From positions 1 to 32,000 of the forward strand of contig CAYXAY010000002.1 of assembly GCA_964463155.1 (NCBI GenBank): a stretch of 32,000 bases of DNA, read 5' to 3'. The DNA is from an uncultured archaeon. Lineage in GTDB: Archaea; Iainarchaeota; Iainarchaeia; Iainarchaeales; CSSED10-239. The position numbers and the translations under genes were made by a program. Position 1 is the first letter of the stretch; the number at the start of each line of letters is the position of its first letter. Of this stretch, positions 17,537 to 26,424 are shown piece after piece. The notes under the pieces were generated by a model. That model did no database searches and was not told the DNA's origin. It saw only the letters and a list, made by a program, of their open reading frames with translations.

Positions 17537-17712
17537 AATTTACCACTGATTAGATTCATTATTAGTCTTACTATAAAACCAATCAATCCAATAATTACCA
17601 TCCCAAGACCAACAATCTTTGCCATTGCCCAGTATTCTTTATTGGTTGGTTTTTTTGCAATCAATAAAATTCTTTTTGCGGATTCAAAAAATTCTTTTAT
17701 TTTTTTAACCAT
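17533..17712 (-). CDS. secE: preprotein translocase subunit SecE (Sec61-gamma)
   Basis: Below the track cut-off. Hand translation gives MVKKIKEFFESAKRILLIAKKPTNKEYWAMAKIVGLGMVIIGLIGFIVRLIMNLISGKL*. KKPT..EY motif plus a single TM. Its TGA overlaps the spt5 ATG (ATGA). Confidence 0.85.
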   Translation of the reverse strand: MVKKIKEFFESAKRILLIAKKPTNKEYWAMAKIVGLGMVIIGLIGFIVRLIMNLISGKL

Positions 17713-17725
17713 TTCTTAATCACAT

Positions 17726-18841
17726 TTATACACTGTTAATATCTAGTTCAAGTTTTGTTTCTTTTTTTATGACTGTTGTTCCTACAATGTCGCTTAGGTA
17801 AGGGATGTCTGCTCCTGCAATCACTGCCATAACCTTTATTGAGTTTCTTGGAACATCCTCATCAACCATTGCACCCCAGATGATGTGAGCGTCTTGGCTA
17901 ATCTTTGATGCTACTGTTTCAACTATTAATTCTGCTTCTTTTAGTGTCATGTCTTGACCACCCAAAACATTTACTAAAGCCTTTTTTGCATTTCCAATCT
18001 CTATGTCAAGTAATGGCGAAGTTAACGCATCTTCCACTGCTTCCATTGCCCTTGAATCTAAATTGTTTTTATGTATTGAACTTTCTCCGACACCAATCAT
18101 TGCTAGGCCTCCGTTTGAAAGAACTGTTTTTAGGTCTGCAAAGTCAAGGTTTATTATTCCTGCTTTTGTTACTAGCTCGATTATCCCTTTAACTGATTGT
18201 GTTAAGATTTTGTCAACCTCTTGGAAAGCAATCTGCAGTGGTAGGTCTGGTGCAATTTCAAGAATCTTGTCGTTTGGTATTATTATTAATGTATCAACTT
18301 CTTTTTTTAGTCTTTCAAGACCACTTAAAGCATTTTCAATTCTTTGTTTTCCTTCAACAGCAAATGGCAAAGTTATTACTCCGATAACTAGCGCTCCTTT
18401 TTCCTTTGCAACTCTAGCAACCTCTGGTATTGCTCCAGTTCCTGTTCCTCCACCAAGACCACAAGTTACAAAAACCATATCTGCGTCTTTTATAACTGCT
18501 TTAATTTCTTCCTTTGATTCCTCAGCTGCTGCTTTACCGACTTCTGGATTTGAGCCAGCGCCAAGTCCTCTTGTTGTTTTCTTACCTATTAGCATTTTTT
18601 TATCTGCTCTAATCTTTAATAATGCTTGTGCATCAGTGTTCATTGCAATCATTATTGCTCCTTCAATACCGGTCAGGTTCATCCTGTCAAGGCTGTTACC
18701 ACCAGAGCCACCAACACCAATAACATAGATGTTTGGAAGAGAGGCTTTCAAGAATTCTTCTAATTCTTCATCATCACTTCTACAAACCTTTTCACTATTA
18801 TCGTCTTTGGAAACTACTCTGCTGCTTTGAATTCCGTACAA
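17726..18841 (-). CDS. ftsZ: cell division protein FtsZ
   Basis: GVGGSGGNSLDRM and the tubulin signature GLGGGTGTG. There is no in-frame ATG upstream of the first motif. The start appears to be TTG at 18841, with GGAG 10 nt upstream. Confidence 0.92.
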   Translation of the reverse strand: MYGIQSSRVVSKDDNSEKVCRSDDEELEEFLKASLPNIYVIGVGGSGGNSLDRMNLTGIEGAIMIAMNTDAQALLKIRADKKMLIGKKTTRGLGAGSNPEVGKAAAEESKEEIKAVIKDADMVFVTCGLGGGTGTGAIPEVARVAKEKGALVIGVITLPFAVEGKQRIENALSGLERLKKEVDTLIIIPNDKILEIAPDLPLQIAFQEVDKILTQSVKGIIELVTKAGIINLDFADLKTVLSNGGLAMIGVGESSIHKNNLDSRAMEAVEDALTSPLLDIEIGNAKKALVNVLGGQDMTLKEAELIVETVASKISQDAHIIWGAMVDEDVPRNSIKVMAVIAGADIPYLSDIVGTTVIKKETKLELDINSV

Positions 18842-18977
18842 AATTAATCATCTCCGCTTGCTATCTTTAAACATAATAAATTGAGAAAAATTATATAAAA
18901 AAAGATATTATATTTATAGATAAGAAACCTTTAAATATAAATCTATTTTAGAATATATAGGGAAAAGACGATAAGAT

Positions 18978-19883
18978 ATGATAGATAAAGACATTTTAAG
19001 GATTGGAAAAGACATAAAAGACATAAAGATACAAGGGGCTAGTAAGATTGAGCTTGCAGCAGTTGATGCAATTAAAAATCTTATTAATAGGAGCAAGTTT
19101 AATGGTGATGATTTTTTAGCAGAAGTTGTAGAAAACATTAATTTCTTGATTGCTCAAAGACCTAATGAGCCAAAACTTAGAAACTCTTTGTCTTATATTT
19201 GGCAAACAGCAAACAAATATTCTTCTGTTAAAGACAGAAATATTTTGATTGACTATATTGAACATTATCGAGACAATACCGAGAAAGGAAATCAATTGAT
19301 TTCTGAGTATGCTTCTCAGATTATCACTAATGGTTCACTTATTTTAACACATTGTCATTCTAATCTTGTAGAAGACACCTTCAAGAAGGCCTATGAAAAA
19401 GGGATTGACTTTGAAGTAATCTGCACAGAGACAAGACCTAGATTTCAAGGAAGAATAACTGCTAAAGCTTTAAGCGACTATGGGATTAAGACAACACAGA
19501 TTGTTGACTCTGCAGTTTCAACTTATCTTAAAAAGATAGATTTTTTCTTGACAGGCGCAGATGTTGTTTTTCTGGACGGTTCGATCATGAATAAGATTGG
19601 AACGCACACCATCAGTATTGCTGCAAAACACTTTAAGACACCTCACATTGTTTTAACTTCCACACACTGTGTAGAAACAGACGTCTTTGTTTCACTTAGC
19701 GAAGCTGTAGAAGAAAGAGATATTGAAGAGATCTGGAAAGAAGTAGACGGAAGACCAAAAGACCTGCGATTAAGAAATCCTTCTTTTGATATAGTACCAA
19801 ACGAGCTAATAGACAAATTCATAACAGAAGAAGGAGTCTTTACTCCAGAAACCTTGGCCATATGGAATAGAAAAAAAAAATAG
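18978..19883 (+). CDS. eIF-2B alpha/beta/delta family protein, probable ribose-1,5-bisphosphate isomerase
   Basis: TETRPRFQGR, ILTHCHS (catalytic Cys context) and LTGADVVFLDGSIMNKIGT (catalytic Asp context). The 301-aa size fits the aIF-2BII/R15P isomerase subgroup. Confidence 0.7.
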   Translation: MIDKDILRIGKDIKDIKIQGASKIELAAVDAIKNLINRSKFNGDDFLAEVVENINFLIAQRPNEPKLRNSLSYIWQTANKYSSVKDRNILIDYIEHYRDNTEKGNQLISEYASQIITNGSLILTHCHSNLVEDTFKKAYEKGIDFEVICTETRPRFQGRITAKALSDYGIKTTQIVDSAVSTYLKKIDFFLTGADVVFLDGSIMNKIGTHTISIAAKHFKTPHIVLTSTHCVETDVFVSLSEAVEERDIEEIWKEVDGRPKDLRLRNPSFDIVPNELIDKFITEEGVFTPETLAIWNRKKK

Positions 19884-19893
19884 ACATGGTATT

Positions 19894-20422
19894 ATGTATG
19901 AACTTAAAACTGATAAAATTTATTTAAGAACCATCATTCCTTCAGATGCTACGGAATTATATGAATACATAAAAAACAAATCGGATAATCTGCATAGCGA
20001 TTTTAATTACCCCTTTTCAGTAGATGACTCTTAAAAAATGTTTGAAAGAATGATTCCCGCCAGTCCGGAAAAATATTTCGGATTTACTATTTGTACAGCC
20101 AGTGACATTGTTGGATTTATTTCACTTAGATTAGATTAAAAAAAACAAAAATGCCTAAATCGGGTTGTGAATTGCAAAACCATTTAGAAATAAAGGCCAT
20201 GGTAAAGATGCGGTCAATTTAATCACAGATTTTGGCTTTAAAAACCAGGAACTAAATCTAATTTATTGCAACATAGATTTTGATAATTCCACATCAATTA
20301 ATCTATTTAAAAAGTGTAATTATATATTAGAAGCTAGCCTTAAAGAAAGGCATCTAATTGATGGACAATTCAAAGATTCTGTGATTTTAACTAAATTTAC
20401 TGAGAATTCCCAAAAATCTTAA
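19894..20422 (+). pseudogene. decayed GNAT (RimJ/RimL-like) N-acetyltransferase
   Basis: Conceptual product MYELKTDKIYLRTIIPSDATELYEY...IAKPFRNKGHGKDAVNLITDFGFKNQELNLIYCNIDFDNSTSINLFKKCNYILEASLKERHLIDGQFKDSVIL carries the RxxGxG acetyl-CoA motif. It is interrupted by TAA at 20032, a frameshift in or next to the A8 run at 20137-20145, TAA at 20156 and TGA at 20168. Confidence 0.8.
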
Positions 20423-20694
20423 AAAACAGTACAATTTCAAAATTGTATCTAAAGATAAAAACAAATTAAATGAAAAATTATCTGCAGATGGTTGGATTTG
20501 TAATAATTGTAGCTGTGGTTCTTGTACCTGCACTTGTGCATCCTGTAAATAACTCTATAATATTGTGCGATAATACTTGAAAAAAATATACATTATTAAT
20601 CCATTTGTTAAAGCATTCAATCTTGGTGCCATTATTCTTTATATAATCCATTTAATCAAGAAATTTGTGTTTTAGATTCTAAAGACTATAATAA

Positions 20695-23145
20695 TTAAAA
20701 ATCCATTAGGTCTTTTTGTTTAGTGTTGGTGATTAGTTCGTCTTTTGAGATGCCAAGCTCTTCTAGGATTGGAAGTATTGCAGGGATTAGCTGGTTGTTG
20801 ATGTAATACTCGCTATCATAATCTTTTTCTTTAACAAACTCTGCAAGCTGAGACTTGTCTGAGATTGTCTTTCCGGATTTTTCTGTAACAATGTACTCTA
20901 CAAGATCTCCAACTTTAAATTTCTTTCCTGCTTTTTTTGCATTCTTTACTGCTGCCATTGCTGGGTTTAATGTCTTGTAGCTTTCAAGAGATTTGTGAAC
21001 AAAAGTTTGAATTATTAGTTTTGAGTTTGGAATTTCTTTAGTCTTTAAGTCTTCAATAATAAATTGAATATACTTTTGGGCTTTCTTGGAGTCTTGCTCT
21101 TTTAAGATTAACTTTAGAATTTCCTTTTGAGTTTCCTTAACCAATGGACACCAATCATGTCTTACATACTCAAAGCCTTTAATCTTAAGATTACCATTAT
21201 AATCAAGAAGAGCATATTTCTTTTTTGCTGCTCTTTCCTTATCACGAGAATGAACAAAGATTCCTGACATATAGATGTTTTCAAGTTCTAAATGCATGGC
21301 TTTTGGAAGAGACGCATTTATGTTTTTTATGTCTTCCTTTAACTTTTCAACACTTCTAAACTCAATAAAGCAAGAATCTGTGTCTCCATAGATAACTAGA
21401 TAGCCAAGTCTTTCTAAGTCCTTAATGATATCTTGAATCTTTAGTCTAACAAGACAATACATTACTTCAAGAGATGGCCTTGAATACCATCGCGCTCCTG
21501 CAAAGCCCATATAACCATAGGTTGATGCTAAGAATATCTTTAGAACATATTGCTTTGCATGCATGTTTCTATATTCTTGTGTGTCTTTTGAAATAGTTTT
21601 TGCTGCTTCTTTATATCCTGCTCTTAATGACAATAGTTCTTCAAGAATCTCTGGAACAAATCCTTTCTTGTTGTAACAAAGATGATGTCCTGTAATATTT
21701 TCTTTTTTGTTTTCCTTACAGCAAGAACAATCAACTGTTTCTGGAGAAATATTATATGATATCAATATTGAAATATGATAACTTCTAAAATCTAGAACAG
21801 CAATGTTTTTGTGCAGTCCTGGAATTGGAGACTTTACAAAGGCCCCACTAAATGTAAATTTTTGCCTTTCTGCAATCTCTTCTGAACTTGGTTTGTTTGG
21901 AATGATTTTTCCTTTTTTAGAATAGTGTTTAAAAAACATTCTTTCTACCATTGCCCCCGCAGAAGAGAAGACGATGTCATTAACTGGATAATTGATAAAA
22001 TCAGAAATCTCAAACGCAATTGGTATATAGTTGTTTGCAAGTTCCATTGTTGCAACAACATCATCAAGGTTATAGTCTATTATCTTTTGATAATCGCTTG
22101 AAAGATAACTTTCTCTCATTTCTTTTGGGGGCATTGTTAGTTTTGCGTTTCCTGTTAGCTTTGAGTAAAGAGAGTTTAAGTCAAGTTTTGGATAATTAAA
22201 TACCTGTAGATATCTTAGAAGTCTCATCAAGGCATAAACATCAATATGCACTGTGCCTTCTAGACTAACTTTTCTTGTTTGCCCTTTTGAAAAAATTATT
22301 CTGCTGTTTGAAAAGGTTAGCTCTTCTTTTTTGTGTGCCCTGTAGGTTTTTTCCATATATTCAAAGTCAAATATTCCATTGTAGGTATAAACAATATCAA
22401 TGTCTTTTAAATTAACAAAATCCCTAAAGCCTTCAATCATCTTTATTTCGTCTTGGTAAAGATATATTTTTAAGAACTGGTTGTGCTTTTGTAGTTGTTC
22501 TTTTATCTCTTCAAGGTTTTCTTTTTTGTCTATTAAAAAAAACACAGCTTTTTCTTTTGAGCTGTCGATGTAAGAGATTGAGATTATCTTATCTTTTCCT
22601 GGTTTTGGAAAAGAGATGTTTTCTGGAACCAAGACTTCTATGTCAAAGACTGCTGATTTTAGTTTTGAGAAGTCTGTTGTTGCTTTGGGGATAATGTCAG
22701 TTATCCTTCCCTCGTCGTTTAATGTGTATTCTATTTCCTTGAAATTGCTAAGGTATTTATCCATCAAGAACCTGTAGACAAAAGGAATGTCGTATTCATA
22801 AAGTTTGTATTTTTTGTTTGGAAAAACCGAATTTTCAAGAAAATGGGTTCTGGTCCTTACTAGGTCTTCAACATTTTCAAAAATCAGCTTGTAAGTGTTG
22901 TTTTCCTTTAGCGCTATCCCTTTGACGTTTTGCTCTGATTTAAGAATGTCCGTGTCTTCTGATTCTAGTTTGCTGTTAAGAGATATATAAAAATAAGGCT
23001 GGTAGTCGATTGCAAGAGTTTGCTTAGAGTTTTCCTTTCTTAAGGTTGCATAAAGTGATTTGTCCTTATAGAAAACATCTAGAAGAACTGCTCTGTTGAT
23101 TGTTTGTGTCTTTTCCTTTGGGGCTTTCTTAAAGATATTAAACAT
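20695..23145 (-). CDS. polB: family B DNA polymerase
   Basis: Exo I FDIE, Exo II YNGIFDFEY, Exo III YNLDDV. Motif A LDFRSYHISI (variant), motif B KIFLASTYG (variant), motif C YGDTDS. C-terminal PIP-like QKDLMDF. 816 aa with no intein. Confidence 0.95.
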   Translation of the reverse strand: MFNIFKKAPKEKTQTINRAVLLDVFYKDKSLYATLRKENSKQTLAIDYQPYFYISLNSKLESEDTDILKSEQNVKGIALKENNTYKLIFENVEDLVRTRTHFLENSVFPNKKYKLYEYDIPFVYRFLMDKYLSNFKEIEYTLNDEGRITDIIPKATTDFSKLKSAVFDIEVLVPENISFPKPGKDKIISISYIDSSKEKAVFFLIDKKENLEEIKEQLQKHNQFLKIYLYQDEIKMIEGFRDFVNLKDIDIVYTYNGIFDFEYMEKTYRAHKKEELTFSNSRIIFSKGQTRKVSLEGTVHIDVYALMRLLRYLQVFNYPKLDLNSLYSKLTGNAKLTMPPKEMRESYLSSDYQKIIDYNLDDVVATMELANNYIPIAFEISDFINYPVNDIVFSSAGAMVERMFFKHYSKKGKIIPNKPSSEEIAERQKFTFSGAFVKSPIPGLHKNIAVLDFRSYHISILISYNISPETVDCSCCKENKKENITGHHLCYNKKGFVPEILEELLSLRAGYKEAAKTISKDTQEYRNMHAKQYVLKIFLASTYGYMGFAGARWYSRPSLEVMYCLVRLKIQDIIKDLERLGYLVIYGDTDSCFIEFRSVEKLKEDIKNINASLPKAMHLELENIYMSGIFVHSRDKERAAKKKYALLDYNGNLKIKGFEYVRHDWCPLVKETQKEILKLILKEQDSKKAQKYIQFIIEDLKTKEIPNSKLIIQTFVHKSLESYKTLNPAMAAVKNAKKAGKKFKVGDLVEYIVTEKSGKTISDKSQLAEFVKEKDYDSEYYINNQLIPAILPILEELGISKDELITNTKQKDLMDF

Positions 23146-23179
23146 AGTAAATACATATTAAAATAAAAAAGAAAAAAAG

Positions 23180-23827
23180 TTATAGCATATTAATCAAAAT
23201 AACTGCGACAACTAACAATATCATCAATGCAAGTTTTGAGAAAAAACCTTTGACCTCAAACACAATTTCAGTAAATTCAAAAAGCATTAATATCCAATAG
23301 ATTAGCATATAGATTGTTAATGCCGCAAACAATATTATTCCAATTATGTTTAGTGTTGTTAATGCCGGAAATATTGTTGCACTGTCTACAAGGCCAGGGT
23401 TTACTGATATTGCTTGTATAATCGAGATGATTGCTGGAAAGAAAACTACAATGATTACTGCTGCAAGAACAGAATAGATAATTGTGGTTATTCTAAAGGA
23501 AGCAAGACTCGAGAGAACCTTTTCAAATGGCTTTTTTGGAAGGCCCTTTTTCCCTCTAATAAAATACATTATCAAAAACACAACAATTCCTAAAAGCAAC
23601 CAATTAAGCAGTATTGTAGAATAGATCTGTATCAAGGAATACTTGAATAGCTCTGGGCCCTTGAATAATCCATAGATTAGGATATTTAACAATAACGCAA
23701 TGATTATTACAATTAGGCTTTCAAATAAATTGACTTTTAGAAAGAAAAAATCAACAATCGCCTTTGGGCCTCTTTTTGGCTTATAGGCTTCGTGTAGATT
23801 AATTTCTGATTTTTTTGCTTCTGGCAT
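23180..23827 (-). CDS. five-pass membrane protein (possibly Yip1-domain-like)
   Basis: ATG at 23827 is preceded by AGGTGA; the track's GTG 23836 lies inside that Shine-Dalgarno. Short charged N-terminus followed by about 5 TM helices. The family call is tentative. Confidence 0.55.
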   Translation of the reverse strand: MPEAKKSEINLHEAYKPKRGPKAIVDFFFLKVNLFESLIVIIIALLLNILIYGLFKGPELFKYSLIQIYSTILLNWLLLGIVVFLIMYFIRGKKGLPKKPFEKVLSSLASFRITTIIYSVLAAVIIVVFFPAIISIIQAISVNPGLVDSATIFPALTTLNIIGIILFAALTIYMLIYWILMLFEFTEIVFEVKGFFSKLALMILLVVAVILINML

Positions 23828-23920
23828 TTTTCTCACCTTTAAATAAATTTACATAAATATATTTAGATAAAAGGATATTTAAAGCTTGTGTTGGGTTTTA
23901 AATTATTTTTGTTAATAGTT

Positions 23921-25009
23921 ATGTTTATGGCTGTCTCAAAAACGCAAGTTTTCTCAAAACCATTCAATCTTGTTTATGAGAATAATTATCCAAATCTTTT
24001 GGTGGGTCCTGGGTTTTTTGAAGAACAAAATATTGCAAGCTCTTCAGACCCTAAACAGTGGATAAGAAAAAAACCTGAAGAGATTGAGAAAGACAGAGCT
24101 AAACAGGTTTTTTCTTTTAAGCGTTTTACAAAGACTGACGCCATAAGGCATGACAAAACGCTTTCAGACATACAGTTATTGTCACAATCAGTAAACACCA
24201 CGGAAATTGAAGTTGGGCTTGAAAAGAAAGCGCAGATGATTAAGGAAAACTATTCAGGGGTTAACAACTGCTCATATGGCTTTAATGACTTAAAGATTAT
24301 TGATAATGTTAAGATTCCTCCAAGCATTGATAAGGTTGTTAATGATGGGGATATGAAGGCAAAGGAAGGGATATTGCAGCTCAATAATAAGCTTGATGAT
24401 GTTTATAAGATTGAACAAATATTGTCTATGGGTCTTCTTGGAATAAATAAAAACAGAATACTTGTTCCAACAAGATGGGCAATAACTTCAACTGATGACA
24501 TTATCTCTAAAGACTTGATTGAAAACTCTCTTCTTGATTATCCAGCCATTGATAAATACGAAATCTTTTCTTTTATGTTTTATCAAAATATATTTTTTGT
24601 TCTTTTTGTTCCAAAAATCTGGGGTTTTGAACAGATTGAAATACAAGGAGAAAATGTTTGTGAAGACTTTGAGATAAATGGCCCAAGAAAGAAATATGCT
24701 AGTAGCGTGACTGGTGGGTATTATGCTGCAAGAATAGAGATTGCTAAATATCTAGCAAGAAGAAAAAGACAAGCATCAGTTATTGTTTTTAGAGATATTT
24801 CTCCAAGCTATCAATCAAAAGGAGTTTGGGTGATAAGAGAGGCCGTTAAAGAAGCATTAACAAAAGAACCGTATGTCTTTGATTCCCTTGAACAAGCAAT
24901 GTCATTTATCAATTTGCATATAAGAAACGGAGCAAGCTATTGGCTTCCACACTCACAACTTTACAAAGAAATAAAAACACAAAAACGAATTACTGATTTT
25001 TTCAAATAG
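23921..25009 (+). CDS. nreA: NreA-like DNA repair protein (DUF650/DUF651) with C-terminal PIP box
   Basis: ILVPTRWAITSTDDIISKDL and GGYYAARIEI are typical of archaeal Nre proteins. Canonical PIP box QKRITDFF at 24980-25003. The track starts at GTG 23888; ATG at 23921 is preferred. Confidence 0.75.
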   Translation: MFMAVSKTQVFSKPFNLVYENNYPNLLVGPGFFEEQNIASSSDPKQWIRKKPEEIEKDRAKQVFSFKRFTKTDAIRHDKTLSDIQLLSQSVNTTEIEVGLEKKAQMIKENYSGVNNCSYGFNDLKIIDNVKIPPSIDKVVNDGDMKAKEGILQLNNKLDDVYKIEQILSMGLLGINKNRILVPTRWAITSTDDIISKDLIENSLLDYPAIDKYEIFSFMFYQNIFFVLFVPKIWGFEQIEIQGENVCEDFEINGPRKKYASSVTGGYYAARIEIAKYLARRKRQASVIVFRDISPSYQSKGVWVIREAVKEALTKEPYVFDSLEQAMSFINLHIRNGASYWLPHSQLYKEIKTQKRITDFFK

Positions 25010-25011
25010 TT

Positions 25012-25377
25012 TTAAGCTAAAGATATAATTTCTTTAATTGTAACAACAGCTGCTCCTTTTGCTGGAAAACCGTTGTTTTCTTTTAAGGTTTTAGCTTTCT
25101 TTAGCCATTTACCTGAAGAAAAGTAATTTGCTATGCCTTTTAATTGATGACCCTTGTCAAATTTAGAATCAGTTACTACCAGCGTACAAATTGGGTTTAT
25201 CAAAATATTCTTTTTTGTTTTATTTATATAGTTGTCAGTAATTAAAATCTGGTTTTTAGAAACAACCTTGACACCAGAAAAATATACCGCATTTGGCTTG
25301 TTGTTTTTGTCTATGGTTGCAAAAGCAATATTGTTTCTTTCAATTATTGTTTTTAATTTAGATATGTCAACCATCAT
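25012..25377 (-). CDS. pyridoxamine 5'-phosphate oxidase-like FMN-binding split-barrel protein
   Basis: NIAFATIDKNNKPNAVYFSGVKVVSKNQILITDNYINKTKKNILINP fits the PNPOx-like pattern. ATG at 25377 is preceded by AGGTG (the track starts at GTG 25383). Confidence 0.55.
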   Translation of the reverse strand: MMVDISKLKTIIERNNIAFATIDKNNKPNAVYFSGVKVVSKNQILITDNYINKTKKNILINPICTLVVTDSKFDKGHQLKGIANYFSSGKWLKKAKTLKENNGFPAKGAAVVTIKEIISLA

Positions 25378-25383
25378 TAACAC

Positions 25384-26412
25384 CTACAAAAACAAAATAA
25401 AACCAATAACACAGAAAAGAATTTCTACAAGAAGTATACCACAGGTTACTTGCTTTTCTGTGAATCTTTTTTTCCACAGCGTAGGAAGCCACATCATGAT
25501 GTGTGTCCAAGAAAAAATGTGTTTGTACGGCATTTTTAGTGTTCCATCTTCCTGAAGATTACCAAGACTTCTTACTTTTAATTTTCCTCTAAGTTTCAGA
25601 AGTATTTCTATTGCCCAAGGAATAAAAATAAACAAAGCAAAGCTCTCAATGTTGCCAATTATTGCAATACTTGCAAAGGTTGCACCAAAAAGATAAGTTA
25701 ATGAATCTCCTGGTAAAATCTTTGCTGGATACCAATTGTTTAGAAAATAAGGAATAACTGCAAAAAGAGCAACAAAAGAAATAATTGTGGCCTCTGTTCT
25801 TCCATTAACTATTGCAAAAATACCTAACGCAAGCATAACAATTACCATTAATCCCCCCTCTACTCCATTAACACCAGCAAGCATGTTTGTTGAGTTTGTG
25901 AATACTACAAACAATACAGGAACAATAATTAAAGCATACAACATTCCAAAATGAATTGTTCCCAAAAACGGAATTGCCATTGTTGAGTCTCCGGCCATTA
26001 TAGCAACCAAAGGAATTGCTGCCAGGATTGTTAAAAGTGGTTTTAACCATTGTGGGAGACCAACCCTTATTTCTAAATCTCCATAAATGTTTTTTACTGG
26101 CTCTTTACTAATATTAAGATCATCAAAGAAACCAATTAATGTTGCTATCAAAATTGATAAGGTTGTTGTAATAATTATTGTTGTATTAACTTGAAAATAA
26201 AAAGCAGATAACAAAATCAGAAACATAATTCCAATCAAAAAACCAAAGAAAACCGGAACACCTCCGGATTGTGGGAGAGTTGGTTTTTCTTTCTTTTGTT
26301 GGTCAACAGCAATTATCCCTCTTGTAACAAAGAATTTTTTAAATTGAGTAATTATAAAAAAAGAGAAGAAAAAAGAAATTAGACAACTAAATATAAATAT
26401 TACATAATTCAT
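25384..26412 (-). CDS. aglH: glycosyltransferase family 4, dolichyl-phosphate HexNAc-1-phosphate transferase (MraY/WecA/AglH-like)
   Basis: About 10 TM helices with FFDDLN, NMLAGVNGVEGG and PGDSLTY motifs. Lies immediately downstream of aglB. Confidence 0.8.
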   Translation of the reverse strand: MNYVIFIFSCLISFFFSFFIITQFKKFFVTRGIIAVDQQKKEKPTLPQSGGVPVFFGFLIGIMFLILLSAFYFQVNTTIIITTTLSILIATLIGFFDDLNISKEPVKNIYGDLEIRVGLPQWLKPLLTILAAIPLVAIMAGDSTMAIPFLGTIHFGMLYALIIVPVLFVVFTNSTNMLAGVNGVEGGLMVIVMLALGIFAIVNGRTEATIISFVALFAVIPYFLNNWYPAKILPGDSLTYLFGATFASIAIIGNIESFALFIFIPWAIEILLKLRGKLKVRSLGNLQEDGTLKMPYKHIFSWTHIMMWLPTLWKKRFTEKQVTCGILLVEILFCVIGFILFL

Positions 26413-26424
26413 TTATTTTTCACA

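Noticed and set aside
17474-17719. 81-aa plus-strand ORF
   Set aside because: It is antisense to secE and the 5' end of spt5, both of which are recognisable and in conserved synteny.
18003-18728. 241-aa plus-strand ORF, the longest 'extra' ORF in the track
   Set aside because: It lies entirely antisense to ftsZ, whose frame carries unmistakable tubulin/FtsZ motifs. Its product is Ser/Pro/Ile-rich low complexity. It is a typical shadow ORF.
19894-20422. Stop-codon recoding or an alternative genetic code as an explanation for the in-frame stops in the GNAT
   Set aside because: TAA, TAG and TGA all terminate confidently identified genes at the expected protein ends (for example tbp and polB with TAA, nreA and aglH with TAG, ksgA and L21e with TGA). 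The GNAT also needs a frameshift.
20499-20552. Cys-rich reading frame CNNCSCGSCTCTCASCK*, metallothionein- or RiPP-like
   Set aside because: There is no ATG, GTG or TTG in that frame back to at least about 20418, beside the GNAT stop at 20420. There is also no Shine-Dalgarno, and it lies in the decayed island. It may be a remnant or chance; TGT and TGC codons are easy to get in T/G-rich runs.
20470-20651. Two overlapping short ORFs: plus strand 20470-20580 (36 aa, one hydrophobic helix) and minus strand 20478-20651 (57 aa)
   Set aside because: They are mutually exclusive, below any reliable size, and have no recognisable motifs or Shine-Dalgarno. They sit in the gene-decay zone downstream of polB.
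20695-23145. Possible intein or split architecture in polB
   Set aside because: The motifs Exo I-III and Pol A-C occur in the usual order and spacing within 816 aa. There is no insertion with intein block signatures.
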